Positions 29,347 through 39,225 of a stretch of 64,000 nucleotides of DNA are shown one piece after another; positions within the stretch are counted from its first letter, which is position 1; each line of letters opens with the position of its first letter. Source of the DNA: Candidatus Melainabacteria bacterium 17Bon1m (GTDB lineage: Bacteria; Cyanobacteriota; Vampirovibrionia; Obscuribacterales; Obscuribacteraceae); NCBI GenBank assembly GCA_032128875.1, contig JAVLKG010000016.1, positions 16,329-80,328 on the forward strand. Direction: 5' to 3'. A program made the position numbers and the translations under genes. The notes beneath the pieces were generated by a model that did not search any database, was not told the origin of the DNA, and saw nothing but the letters and a program-made list of their open reading frames with translations.

Positions 29347-32034
29347 CTAACGGCTGGCATTCAGTGTCGGAACCTGATCGATTCGGTACTTTTGCATTTC
29401 GCGAATGAGGTTGCCTGCGCGTTGCATGGCGTCTTGCGGTGTGTTCGCGCTGCCGCGTTTCCAGGAATTAGATGGTCGCAATTGCTGAATAAAAGTCTCC
29501 CAGTTCCAGAGACTCTCTTGTGGCTGCAATGCCATGCACGTAAGCACGCTGTCGATAACTAGCGCTGAGAAGTTGTCCAGGTATGGTCCGAAGTGATTCA
29601 TAGTCCTGGAAGGATGCTGAAATAGTGGATGCCCAACTTCTGCACTCTGCATGTGCGCAATTGCAGGCACATACATGTTGTCGTAATCTACCAAACGCAG
29701 ATTGCCTCGACCATCAACAAGAATGTTTGACGGCTCCAAATCACCGTGCGCGATACCTGCCGCATTGAGCGCCATCACCATCTCGCGAAACTGATTTACG
29801 ATGCGTTGCAGCTCATGCTTGTTTTCGTTGCGCAATTGAAAACGTATATAGTCGTCGATTCTCTTGCCGTCAATGTAGCCCATACGCAAGATGGGCAGCC
29901 ACTGTTCGCCGACTCTTAGCCCCCGCGACTGGTATTGAAAGCTGACCAAATATTTGCCGGCGTCTTTCATGTTGTGTCGCGCAATTGCTTCGTATCGTTG
30001 TTTGCGATCTGCACTGTCGCGTAGAAAACACTTCACTGCGTAATGTTTGTTTTGCCCTGCAATGCGCAGCACAAGCCCGTTTTTTCCCTCCCACTGGTCA
30101 AAACTCAGTACGCGGCCCATTCGTAATTCAGGGTCAGAAAATGCGTCATCATCCAACACGACGGCATCTTTTATTACTGATACGCGTGGGAAGCGTTGGG
30201 GCACATGGACTTCGCTGGTAGCGCGAGGCGGTGCTGCCGGCGGCGCGCTTGCTTTCGGTGCTTGGGGCGCAGGCGTTGGCGGGGGCAAGTCCTGAAAGAG
30301 CGGATTATTCGTATGCTGCTGCGAAGGGCGCTTTGGAATCATCAGGTCATCACCCTCATAATCCTTGAGCGCCTTGCTGTAGTTTTCCGCCGCTTTCAGA
30401 ACGCTACCAGGTCCGCCGCTGCGGTCAGGGGGTTTGCTCGAAGCTTGTTTTGAATTTGCTGCACCCGCTCCAGCACCCCCGGCTCCTGCGGGTTTCCCAC
30501 CTGTACCTGCGTTCGGCGCGCCGCCTGTGGCTTCTGCGTACCATGGAATTTCTCCGGTGGGAGAACTGTTTGAAGAACTTGCTTTAGAACCCGAACCGCC
30601 ACTTGCACCCGCAGCGGCTCCAGCTCCCGAACTACCAGGGCGAGCTGTTCCTTGACCTTGTCCTCTTCCCTGACTCTGCCCGCTAGCACCTGGTCGCGCA
30701 CCGCTTTGTCCGGTACTCGAATTTGAGCCAGGAGACGCACCATATCCGTAGTCGCTGTCATCCCCGTATCCGTATCCATATCCATAAGCGTCAGAGCTGC
30801 TGCCTGCCACACCCTGCCCAGAATTCGAAGTCGTGTTTGTGTTGGTTTGCGCGTTTGAATAGTTGGAAGTGTTAGATGTGTTGGATGCGTTGGACGCGTT
30901 TGCACTGCTCGACGTGTTTTGTGGATGTGCAAACGAGCCAGCCGCAGGTCCTGGCGGTGTTTGGAATGAGCCCGGTATCGAATTGAACGTGCCGGTGGCA
31001 AAACTCGGGCCGCTCTGAATTGTTGAGCCTGATTGCTGGTTGAAACTTCCAGAGCTAGACGAGTTCGCTCCTTTTGCTTGCGCTTGTTGCTTTTCGTTGT
31101 GCTGTTGCGCAGGCGGACTTTGCACTTCCACCGGCTTGTCTACTCTGCGATCGTGTCCAGCCGGACGAAACTCCGGTATCTCATGCAACTGCATGGTAAG
31201 AAGTTTTTTGATTTCGTGCGCGCGTTTGTTGATGTCTGGAACTGGATGCCTGAGGAGTTCGTTGAGCAGACGAGATCCTTCTGGGTTTTTGTAATCCGCG
31301 GCGCCAAAGATCAAGCGTTCATCTCCGCCCGCGTGACGTTGCCACAGTGTCGGATCGAGCTTCAATACTTGCATCGAGTGATAAATTATCCACGCGGAAA
31401 ATCTGTCGATGGTTTCATCAAAAACTTCTGCATTACGTTGCGGGTGTTGATAATTGATGTGACCTAACTCGTTAGCCTTTTCCCCAGCCATCGCTGGAAC
31501 ATAGATACCGTCGTAATCTACCAGCATCAAGTCTTTGTTGCGTACAATTATGTTGCCGTGCTGCAGGTCACCGTGGGCGATACCATTGCGCTCGAGTTCG
31601 AAAACAAGGTCGACAAACTGATTGATGAAACGGTCCATCTGCTGCTTGCTGTGCATGTTTTTACGGATAAACTGATCGAGCGTCAAACCCTCAACCCAGG
31701 GCATTTTGACAATCGGAAACCAATTCCCGTTGACCAGTATTCCTTTCAGCAAATACTCGAATTCAAGCAAAGTCGAGACGTGATTGAAAGCGGTAAACGT
31801 ACTCAGATGCCCGTATCGCTGGTGCTGATTGTAGACATTGCGCAGGAAGCATTTGACTGCGACGTTTCGATTGGCGCATTGAAATTGATAGACGCTGGCG
31901 AAATTTCCGCAAATTGGTTTCGGCAGTCCCATAGCGTTGGTTTCCGGCGCGCCTTGCTGCAACTCTTGGTTGTCAAAGCAGATTTCCGGAGATTGAACTG
32001 TCTCGTTATAGTCCTGCGGTGTCGGCCACTGCAT
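29347..32034 (-). CDS. Protein with two protein-kinase-like domains and a long low-complexity linker
   Basis: Domain 1 AVKCF/HGDLQHGN/LVDYDG; domain 2 AVKCF/HGDLEPSN/LVDYDN; Gly/Ser/Asn/Pro-rich linker. Confidence 0.9.
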   Translation of the reverse strand: MQWPTPQDYNETVQSPEICFDNQELQQGAPETNAMGLPKPICGNFASVYQFQCANRNVAVKCFLRNVYNQHQRYGHLSTFTAFNHVSTLLEFEYLLKGILVNGNWFPIVKMPWVEGLTLDQFIRKNMHSKQQMDRFINQFVDLVFELERNGIAHGDLQHGNIIVRNKDLMLVDYDGIYVPAMAGEKANELGHINYQHPQRNAEVFDETIDRFSAWIIYHSMQVLKLDPTLWQRHAGGDERLIFGAADYKNPEGSRLLNELLRHPVPDINKRAHEIKKLLTMQLHEIPEFRPAGHDRRVDKPVEVQSPPAQQHNEKQQAQAKGANSSSSGSFNQQSGSTIQSGPSFATGTFNSIPGSFQTPPGPAAGSFAHPQNTSSSANASNASNTSNTSNYSNAQTNTNTTSNSGQGVAGSSSDAYGYGYGYGDDSDYGYGASPGSNSSTGQSGARPGASGQSQGRGQGQGTARPGSSGAGAAAGASGGSGSKASSSNSSPTGEIPWYAEATGGAPNAGTGGKPAGAGGAGAGAANSKQASSKPPDRSGGPGSVLKAAENYSKALKDYEGDDLMIPKRPSQQHTNNPLFQDLPPPTPAPQAPKASAPPAAPPRATSEVHVPQRFPRVSVIKDAVVLDDDAFSDPELRMGRVLSFDQWEGKNGLVLRIAGQNKHYAVKCFLRDSADRKQRYEAIARHNMKDAGKYLVSFQYQSRGLRVGEQWLPILRMGYIDGKRIDDYIRFQLRNENKHELQRIVNQFREMVMALNAAGIAHGDLEPSNILVDGRGNLRLVDYDNMYVPAIAHMQSAEVGHPLFQHPSRTMNHFGPYLDNFSALVIDSVLTCMALQPQESLWNWETFIQQLRPSNSWKRGSANTPQDAMQRAGNLIREMQKYRIDQVPTLNASR

Positions 32035-32139
32035 GGCATTACCTGAACGCGCTCTCTAATGGTTTATTACCACAGCTGGACAGGGCTGTATCCGCTAGAT
32101 TGATTCTTATGAAAGAGAGCATCATTCTCTCATTTGACC

Positions 32140-32164
32140 GGGCGACTCATGGCGTCGCCTCTAC
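32140..32164. repeat. REP-like palindrome
   Basis: GGGCGACTCATGGCGTCGCCTCTAC. Confidence 0.7.
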
Positions 32165-32272
32165 GGAACGGCTCCCTTGGCAAGAGTTCTGTTCTTATGG
32201 GCGTTTCTGCAATATGATCATGAGCCTGTCTCGCGACCGTACTTAATGTTTCCGGCGCCAAAGGATCGATAA

Positions 32273-33115
32273 ATGCCGTATCAAGCCGAAATTAGTCGCT
32301 CCAACCCGTCTTGCTTTCTCTTTCTGGTCGACCAGTCGTCTTCCATGAAAGACCAATTCGCAGGTGGTACCAATGGCGGCACAAAGGCGCAGGGAGTCGC
32401 AGATGCCGTCAACAGCTTGCTGCAAAATCTGGTTTCGAAGTGTACAAAGTCCGATGGAATCAGAGATTACTACAATGTTGGCGTGATTGGATATGGCGGT
32501 GGCGGCGTGGCGCCTGCTTTTGGTGGTCCGCTCGCAAGAAAAGAGCTTGTCCCAATCAGCCTGGTCGGCAACAATCCGGTTCGTGTAGAGCAACGCACGC
32601 GTCAGGTGAGTGACGGGCGCGGCGGCGTGGTCGACAAGAAATTCAATGCTCCTATCTGGTTCGAACCGACTTGCGGCGGCGGAACTCCAATGTGCGCAGC
32701 GCTTGCCAAAGCCGGAGCGGTTTTGAAACCATTCATCGCCCAGTACCCATACTGTTTTCCGCCCATAGTCATCAATATTTCCGACGGTGAGTCGTCGGAC
32801 GGCATCCCCGACAACGCAGCCAAAGAACTCACATCAATGAAAAGTAGCGACGGTAACGTCATGCTCTTCAATCTCCATGTCTCGTCTTATGGCAATAAAG
32901 CCATCGAATACCCGGATCGCGACGACATGCTGGAAGATGAGTACGCAAAAGACCTGTTCAGAATTTCCAGTCCGCTGACGAGCTACATGCGAAAAGTTCT
33001 TTCAGACGAAGGCTATGCGATCACCGAGAAGTCCCGCGGATTCGCTTTCAATGCCGACTTCGTGACATTGATCAAATTCCTGGACATCGGAACTCGCCCG
33101 AGTAACTTGCGTTAA
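32273..33115 (+). CDS. vWA domain protein (TerY/YegL-like)
   Basis: MIDAS DQSSSM, GGTPMCAAL, INISDGE. Confidence 0.88.
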   Translation: MPYQAEISRSNPSCFLFLVDQSSSMKDQFAGGTNGGTKAQGVADAVNSLLQNLVSKCTKSDGIRDYYNVGVIGYGGGGVAPAFGGPLARKELVPISLVGNNPVRVEQRTRQVSDGRGGVVDKKFNAPIWFEPTCGGGTPMCAALAKAGAVLKPFIAQYPYCFPPIVINISDGESSDGIPDNAAKELTSMKSSDGNVMLFNLHVSSYGNKAIEYPDRDDMLEDEYAKDLFRISSPLTSYMRKVLSDEGYAITEKSRGFAFNADFVTLIKFLDIGTRPSNLR

Positions 33116-34827
33116 GCGTATCTTGTATCGCGATTATTGCGGTTGCCAACGAATTTGAAGTGAACGAGGTCGTTAGCTATCGGTCCACGTCCGTCACCAT
33201 GTACGAAGCCGTATTTCTGCAAGAATGGCTTGGCTTGCGCGTAGTTTTGGACGTCGATTGCGTCGCCGTGTTCGTGATTGGATGTACCCGGACGCGCAAC
33301 AGTTCTGGAAATGCCGCGTGTGCCTCTATTTGCGTACAGATATTGTTGTTCTTCGAATGTTCTTCCGGCAGAGTTGATCTTGATCTCGACACCGTGGGCG
33401 CGAGCGTCTGCTTGTGCTGCTTTGAAGGCTTGACCAGCATCACCGGATAGCCATTTCCCGTCGCCGATACTGACTTTGCCGTCCGCCGACCACTTCATCG
33501 TGTCGTTTTCGTGGGTCGACTCTTGTCGTACTTTGGCGATGTCGTAAAGCTTTTGACCGGCTTCTACCAATTGTTTGCCGGTAGGTGAAGTAAGGTCTTC
33601 TTGCGTCAACTCACCTGCAGTCTTACCGCTCATCATGCCGGCTGCAATTGCGCCCGGGTTGTCGCCAACGCGGTCTTTGAACTGATTGACCATGTCCGTG
33701 GCCATCGACTCCTGCATCTCTTTCGGCAGAAGTTTCATATCTTCGGCGCCCGGCGCTTCGCCTTTGCCCATCTTGTCGGCCATCGCTTGCAGCTTCTTCA
33801 GCGACTCGGCGTTGAAGCCCTTCGGCAATTTACCTTGCTTGATCAATTCTTCGATTTTGGCCGGGTCTGGCGGATCGCCCAGGTCTAGCCCAGCCAGCCA
33901 GTTGCTGATTTGTCTGCCGCTAAAACCATAACGACCGGCGCGATAATCACCTTGCGGGCTCTTGCGCACTGTTTCATATGGCTTGGCGTGGTCTGCGTTG
34001 AACAAACCGGCGACAGCTTCTTTGACCGCAGCTTGTTGGTCGCTTTCATTCGCCTGACGTGGCACGCTGCGTTCCGGATAATAGTCGTTGGTGTTGCGCA
34101 CCGGCATTTCACCGCCGTTGCTTCCGCGGAATCGATTCATGTTGCCGACGTTTTGCTGAGTCTCGGGCGACATGCCGGAATTTTCTTGCGGTTGGCGCAT
34201 ACCCTGGCTTTGACGGGCTTCGGGTGAAACAACTGCAGCGTTGTCGTTGAGCTCTACGCCGTTTTTCGCTAGCTCCGGATTTTGGCTCTTCAACCGCTGA
34301 GACAGATAAGTCACCAATTGGTCGGCGGCTTGCTTCTGCTCTTCGGTCGGGTAAAGCTGACCTTCCGATCGTTCAATCTGAACCTTAATGTCCTTTGTAT
34401 TTAGTGTCTCAGGGTCACCATGCATTTCGATGGTGCCGTCTTTTTTCACTACAAAGTTGGCTTTCTCCGGCGGCTGCTGAGCTACGTCTTGCATGGCGAC
34501 GGAAATCTTAGGCGGCGTTTTGTCGGTGATATCAGGCATCTCTAAGGATGCTTCCGCCGAACTTGCCGATCTATCTACAATTTTTCCTGCTTTAACTTGC
34601 TCTCTGGGCGACTTCTTCGGGTCCAGTGTGGAGACATTCTCGGCGCTGGGTCCAGTACCGGTATTGTTGTCGCCGACAGTGCTGACGTCTCTAGAAGGAC
34701 CAGAAAGTTGAGTGGCGATCGACGCATGCAACTTTTCAGTGGGCTGGCGATGATGCTCATGACCGTGGTTGTCACCACCATCATTATTTACTGGAGCTAC
34801 AATTTCTTTGCCGCGAGTCATAGTCAC
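33112..34827 (-). CDS. Large protein with C-terminal M15B/VanY-like D,D-peptidase domain
   Basis: INSAGRTFEEQQYLY...ARPGTSNHEHGDAIDV...VHF; no signal peptide. Confidence 0.8.
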   Translation of the reverse strand: MTMTRGKEIVAPVNNDGGDNHGHEHHRQPTEKLHASIATQLSGPSRDVSTVGDNNTGTGPSAENVSTLDPKKSPREQVKAGKIVDRSASSAEASLEMPDITDKTPPKISVAMQDVAQQPPEKANFVVKKDGTIEMHGDPETLNTKDIKVQIERSEGQLYPTEEQKQAADQLVTYLSQRLKSQNPELAKNGVELNDNAAVVSPEARQSQGMRQPQENSGMSPETQQNVGNMNRFRGSNGGEMPVRNTNDYYPERSVPRQANESDQQAAVKEAVAGLFNADHAKPYETVRKSPQGDYRAGRYGFSGRQISNWLAGLDLGDPPDPAKIEELIKQGKLPKGFNAESLKKLQAMADKMGKGEAPGAEDMKLLPKEMQESMATDMVNQFKDRVGDNPGAIAAGMMSGKTAGELTQEDLTSPTGKQLVEAGQKLYDIAKVRQESTHENDTMKWSADGKVSIGDGKWLSGDAGQAFKAAQADARAHGVEIKINSAGRTFEEQQYLYANRGTRGISRTVARPGTSNHEHGDAIDVQNYAQAKPFLQKYGFVHGDGRGPIANDLVHFKFVGNRNNRDTRYA

Positions 34828-35127
34828 CGTTTGAGTAGTAATGCCGATTGTCTACCAACGCAGTCGCGTACTGATGCGGGCGTATTGCCTCGACTTGCTG
34901 CTGGATTGAAAGGGAATTAGCAACCGTGAGCTCGGCACTACACAACTTGCTCCCCTTATCTTATGCGCGCCCTGTGGGGCTGGCAAGCGCGGTTTCGTAT
35001 TTACACCATGCTTGAAAGGTAGTTTTAACCTAATCAAACGCCGATGGCCAATCCTGAGAAGGCTTGCGACCCTTTCGATTGACTCAACTCTAGTCTTTAT
35101 TTGGGAAGTTTTGCGGAAGCGAAAAGG

Positions 35128-35994
35128 TTATTGAGCCGGCGCACTAGCCTGGGCGGGCGCCCCTTGAAGCCCTTTCAACTTTTCCTCAACCGCCGCCGCT
35201 TCGTCCATTTTGCACGCTTTTTTGAGCACGTCGGCATACTCTCCAAGCAGCTTCACTGTTTTCGGTGCACTACCGCGCCCCTGGCTTTCTTCGAAGTCTA
35301 TGCGCTGTTTGAGAATATATTGTGCTTCGTCATAATTGCCGCCTTTAATGTTCAAGGCGAGAATTTTCTTGCTGTAGTCCTGCGCATCCGGGTCGTCAGG
35401 TCCATACTTTCTTTCCGCGATCGCAAGCAGTTTTTTGTAGTAGTAGATTGCGTCCTGATACTTATTGGTCTTCTCGTAGCATTCAGCCAAATTGAGCTCG
35501 CACTCTTTCACTTCGTATGCGTCCGGACCAATGCCCTGGCTGGCCATAGAAAGCGCCTGCCTGTAATACTTCTCAGCCTCGTCCCACTTATTGCGCTTAC
35601 GCAAGACCTGACCCAAAAGTTTGACGCCTGCTACATATTCCTTCGCTTCCCTAACCTTACCTAGTTTGTCTCGGCACTCAATTGATTTCTTCAAATACGA
35701 CTCGGCGAATTCCATGTCGTTTTTGTAAAATGCCTTTTGTCCGGCTTCGAAATAAGCGTTCGCCTGATAAACCAAGTTTGGCATGTTGGGGATGGGCTTG
35801 CCGTTGGCGTCGTATTCTAGCGCCGGCGGCGTGTAATACATGAGGTTTTCGCCCATCGAGGCGTCGCGCGCAGCTGGTGGCTTAATCGGTTTTTTCGCGG
35901 GCGCGGCTGATGCCGGAGCGTGTAACGCCGATAGAGACAGTGAGGCTGAAACCGCCAACAGGCACGGCAACAACGACTTGTTTGAGCGAAACAT
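35128..35994 (-). CDS. Exported TPR protein
   Basis: Signal peptide; WDEAEKYYRQAL, YGPDDPD TPR repeats. Confidence 0.85.
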   Translation of the reverse strand: MFRSNKSLLPCLLAVSASLSLSALHAPASAAPAKKPIKPPAARDASMGENLMYYTPPALEYDANGKPIPNMPNLVYQANAYFEAGQKAFYKNDMEFAESYLKKSIECRDKLGKVREAKEYVAGVKLLGQVLRKRNKWDEAEKYYRQALSMASQGIGPDAYEVKECELNLAECYEKTNKYQDAIYYYKKLLAIAERKYGPDDPDAQDYSKKILALNIKGGNYDEAQYILKQRIDFEESQGRGSAPKTVKLLGEYADVLKKACKMDEAAAVEEKLKGLQGAPAQASAPAQ

Positions 35995-36092
35995 TAAAGT
36001 ACCTCCGTCTCAGATGTTCCAAGACAATGCCCGGCTACTCCAATGAAAACATTCCCCGCCGCGTAGCGAGAGAATCAGGTTTAATCTACAAC

Positions 36093-39000
36093 TTAAGCTG
36101 CGTCTTGCTTCGACTTCTTCTCGCCACGTTTTGCTTTCTCGTCTTCGGAATGAGCGTTCGCATCTATGGCATGTTCTTCCTGATTATTCGCATTTTCGGC
36201 ATCATTATTCGCATCCTTAGCATCAAGTTCCGCATCTTCAGCGTCATGGTTTGCGCCTTCAAGCTTCGCTCGTTCTTTCTCAAGCTCGGCGTGTTTTCTT
36301 GCTTCCTCCAACAATTCTTTTGAAGACTTCGACTGCGATTTGTCGCCTTTCGCTTTTTTCTCAAGCTCAAGAACGTGGTCGCGCAGGGCATTCGCCAGGC
36401 GCTCTTGAGGCGTATCGCCTACACCTTCTTTGATAAGTTGTGATGGCTGAACGGGTTGTCCATACCATACGCGGATTTTTACGGGCGTTGGAAAATATGC
36501 TCCTGGACCCAGCGCTTCGCGCGTGCCATCGAGGTATACAGGGACGAGCGGTATGGTTTTATCCTTCATCAATATGCCGATACCTTGTTTGAATGGCAGA
36601 AGATTACCGTCAAGCGTGCGTTTCGCTTCGGGAAACCAGACCAAACTGCGCCCTTGCTTCAAAACGGCAGCACCTAATGCCAGACTCGTCAGCATCGATT
36701 TCTCTGCGTCAATTGGTATAACCTGCGCCAGACGGCTCAGGTACGCGAACACTGGATTACCAAAGGCAATGCCAACCCAGCCTGCCCACTGAGTTTTACG
36801 CATTCGCTCTTCCGGCAGCGATGCCGTCAAAGCGAACGCATCCATAAAGCTGGCATGATTTGGGATGAAGACGACTTGCTCATCTGGGACATTCTCGTAG
36901 CCGATAGTCTCCAGCTTGAACGGCTTCATCAAGAACATCACCAATGCAAGATATGCTTTGGCCTGCGCTTCTTGCTCCTTGGTAAGCGGTTCGACGAACA
37001 CTCTGCTCTTCTCATCAAGGAAACGCTCAGGGTGTTTGATTGGAGAGTCCGCAGTGTTGCCTTGTTGAGAACTGCTTTGTACTTCCTTTAGCAAATCGCG
37101 CACTGTGTTGACTCGTGCCAGCGCCTCTTGGTTAATTTCCACCCCCGAATTTTCCACCATCTCCAGAGTGAGATTCATCCATTCCAGAGAGTCGATGTTG
37201 AGTTCCAACTCTGGGCTGGTGTCTAAAGTCAAATCGTGATCTGGAAAGCGTTTTTTCAACCATTCCCACACAGCGCCGGCCGCTGGATCATTGATGAGTG
37301 CGCGATCTTCAGGCGAGAAATCTGACTCTGAAATGGCGCCAGTTCTTTTGCCTGCCTTCTCCTCCGCTTTTGCTTTGTCAAATTTTTCTTCCAACTCGTG
37401 ACGCTTTAGTTTTCCTAAATTCGTACGCGGCAATGGTTCTCTGGTGATAGCAAAGTCCGTAATGTGCAGGTATGATGCCATTCCCGAGGCTGCCGATTTT
37501 AGAGCATTAGAGACCGATTCCTTTGCGCCACCATCACCTGCGGACTTCAATTCAGGCACCACTAGTGCCACCAGCTTGTTGTCCTTCTTGAGCAAGGCTA
37601 TTTCGCGAATTGCTTCTTGCTTTGCCAGTTTTTCTTCCACATCGTCCGGCTGAAACTTCTTTCCGCCTTCCATAACCATCGTCGAAGATGCGCGACCTGT
37701 AATATGCAAGTTGCCATTTTTGATAAAACCTAGATCGCCGGTGCGGAACCAGCCATCCTCTGTGAATGCCTCTTTGGTCTTGTCCTTCAGATTGAGATAA
37801 CCGCTGAAGACGTTCGGCCCGCGCGCAACTACTTCACCTTCATTTTCATTATGTTCTGGCTCTTTGACAGGAGCCTTTTCTTCCTTGTCTGGTGGTTCTT
37901 TAACGGGCTTTTGCTGCTGGTCTGCAGGCGGTTCCTTTATCTTTTCAGCATCATCGAGTTTTTCGTCGTCTTCTTGTTGAATCGGAATGATCTTCAGCTC
38001 AACATTTGGAATAGGTTTGCCTGTGCCCTCGATATCAGGATTTTCAGGCATGCGCATTGCCAGCAAGGGAGACGTTTCTGTTAATCCGTACCCGATTGCG
38101 ATGTCCCATCCGAGCGCTTTGAACTTACGAGTAAGCGCAGGCTCCAACGGTGCGCCTCCAGATGTGAAGACGCGCAGTGTTGGACCGAGCTTTTCGCGAA
38201 CACCTTTGAAGAGCAGCTTTCCGATACGGATTCCGCAGCGGTCTCCAGTCTGCGCGATTGCCATCATGGTGTCGAATATTTTGCCGGTCACTTTGCTCGC
38301 ATGCGCTTTTTTATCCATTGCCTCAAACAAAGAGCGCAAGATACGAGGCACAGACACAAGGATGGTGGCTTGTCCTTCGTTAATCGCCCGCATTAGTTCT
38401 GGTCCTGTGAGGGACTGAGGCATAATAATCGGTAAGCCGAGTTTGAGCGGACCCAGCAATCCAATGTTTAGTGGATAAACGTGGAAGAGTGGCAGCGGCA
38501 GCAGAATGCGGTCTGTCGGACCGATGAAAGTCATTTGCGCGAACGCCGCATCCAGTTGTGAGCGGATATTTTTGTGCGTAAGTGGCACACCTTTAGGCAT
38601 GCCTGTGGTGCCGGATGTATAAAACAGAATGGCGGTGTCATCTTCTGGGACTTCTTGTGTTTCAAGAAAGTCCTCGAAATCATTGCGTTTGCACTCTAAT
38701 TTGGTCCAACTGTCTGCACCTTGTTCTTTATCAATTCGATATAGCCTCAAAATGCCTTTGAGCAACGGTTGTGCGTGCGGTAATTCTGTTTTGATTTTTG
38801 CTTCTTCCAACTTTTTGACGCCGTTTTCATCAGTGAAAATCAGCACGGCTTTGCTGTCTTTGACTATGTGTTCGAGAACCTCTGCTGATTGTTGTGGGTC
38901 CACCGGTACTACGACCAATCCACTATAAACCGCTGCCAGTGCACATATCACCCAGGCTGGTGAGTTTGCGGCGAAGACAATTACGGTGTTGCCATTCTTG

Positions 39001-39212
39001 ATTCCGAGGCGCTCAAAACCTGCAGCAACCCTTCGAATGCGCTCTGCAAGCGCCGTGTATGTAATGGAATTTGAGCCTGCGCGGGTAAACTGAATCAACG
39101 CCGGGTGGGCATCGTATTTGTCGAAATCATCAATTAGCGAGCGCAGCGTTGGAGCAGGACCGGTTCGCCGCTCCAGCTCGATCCTCTCGCCTTCTGCTGT
39201 TTGACCGTCCAT
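36093..39212 (-). CDS. AMP-dependent acyl ligase - carrier domain - PlsC-like acyltransferase fusion
   Basis: YTSGTTGMPKG, GYGLTET, WFRTGDLG; IDSL phosphopantetheine site; NHASFMD and FPEAKRT. Confidence 0.92.
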   Translation of the reverse strand: MDGQTAEGERIELERRTGPAPTLRSLIDDFDKYDAHPALIQFTRAGSNSITYTALAERIRRVAAGFERLGIKNGNTVIVFAANSPAWVICALAAVYSGLVVVPVDPQQSAEVLEHIVKDSKAVLIFTDENGVKKLEEAKIKTELPHAQPLLKGILRLYRIDKEQGADSWTKLECKRNDFEDFLETQEVPEDDTAILFYTSGTTGMPKGVPLTHKNIRSQLDAAFAQMTFIGPTDRILLPLPLFHVYPLNIGLLGPLKLGLPIIMPQSLTGPELMRAINEGQATILVSVPRILRSLFEAMDKKAHASKVTGKIFDTMMAIAQTGDRCGIRIGKLLFKGVREKLGPTLRVFTSGGAPLEPALTRKFKALGWDIAIGYGLTETSPLLAMRMPENPDIEGTGKPIPNVELKIIPIQQEDDEKLDDAEKIKEPPADQQQKPVKEPPDKEEKAPVKEPEHNENEGEVVARGPNVFSGYLNLKDKTKEAFTEDGWFRTGDLGFIKNGNLHITGRASSTMVMEGGKKFQPDDVEEKLAKQEAIREIALLKKDNKLVALVVPELKSAGDGGAKESVSNALKSAASGMASYLHITDFAITREPLPRTNLGKLKRHELEEKFDKAKAEEKAGKRTGAISESDFSPEDRALINDPAAGAVWEWLKKRFPDHDLTLDTSPELELNIDSLEWMNLTLEMVENSGVEINQEALARVNTVRDLLKEVQSSSQQGNTADSPIKHPERFLDEKSRVFVEPLTKEQEAQAKAYLALVMFLMKPFKLETIGYENVPDEQVVFIPNHASFMDAFALTASLPEERMRKTQWAGWVGIAFGNPVFAYLSRLAQVIPIDAEKSMLTSLALGAAVLKQGRSLVWFPEAKRTLDGNLLPFKQGIGILMKDKTIPLVPVYLDGTREALGPGAYFPTPVKIRVWYGQPVQPSQLIKEGVGDTPQERLANALRDHVLELEKKAKGDKSQSKSSKELLEEARKHAELEKERAKLEGANHDAEDAELDAKDANNDAENANNQEEHAIDANAHSEDEKAKRGEKKSKQDAA

Positions 39213-39225
39213 AATTTACCTCGAT

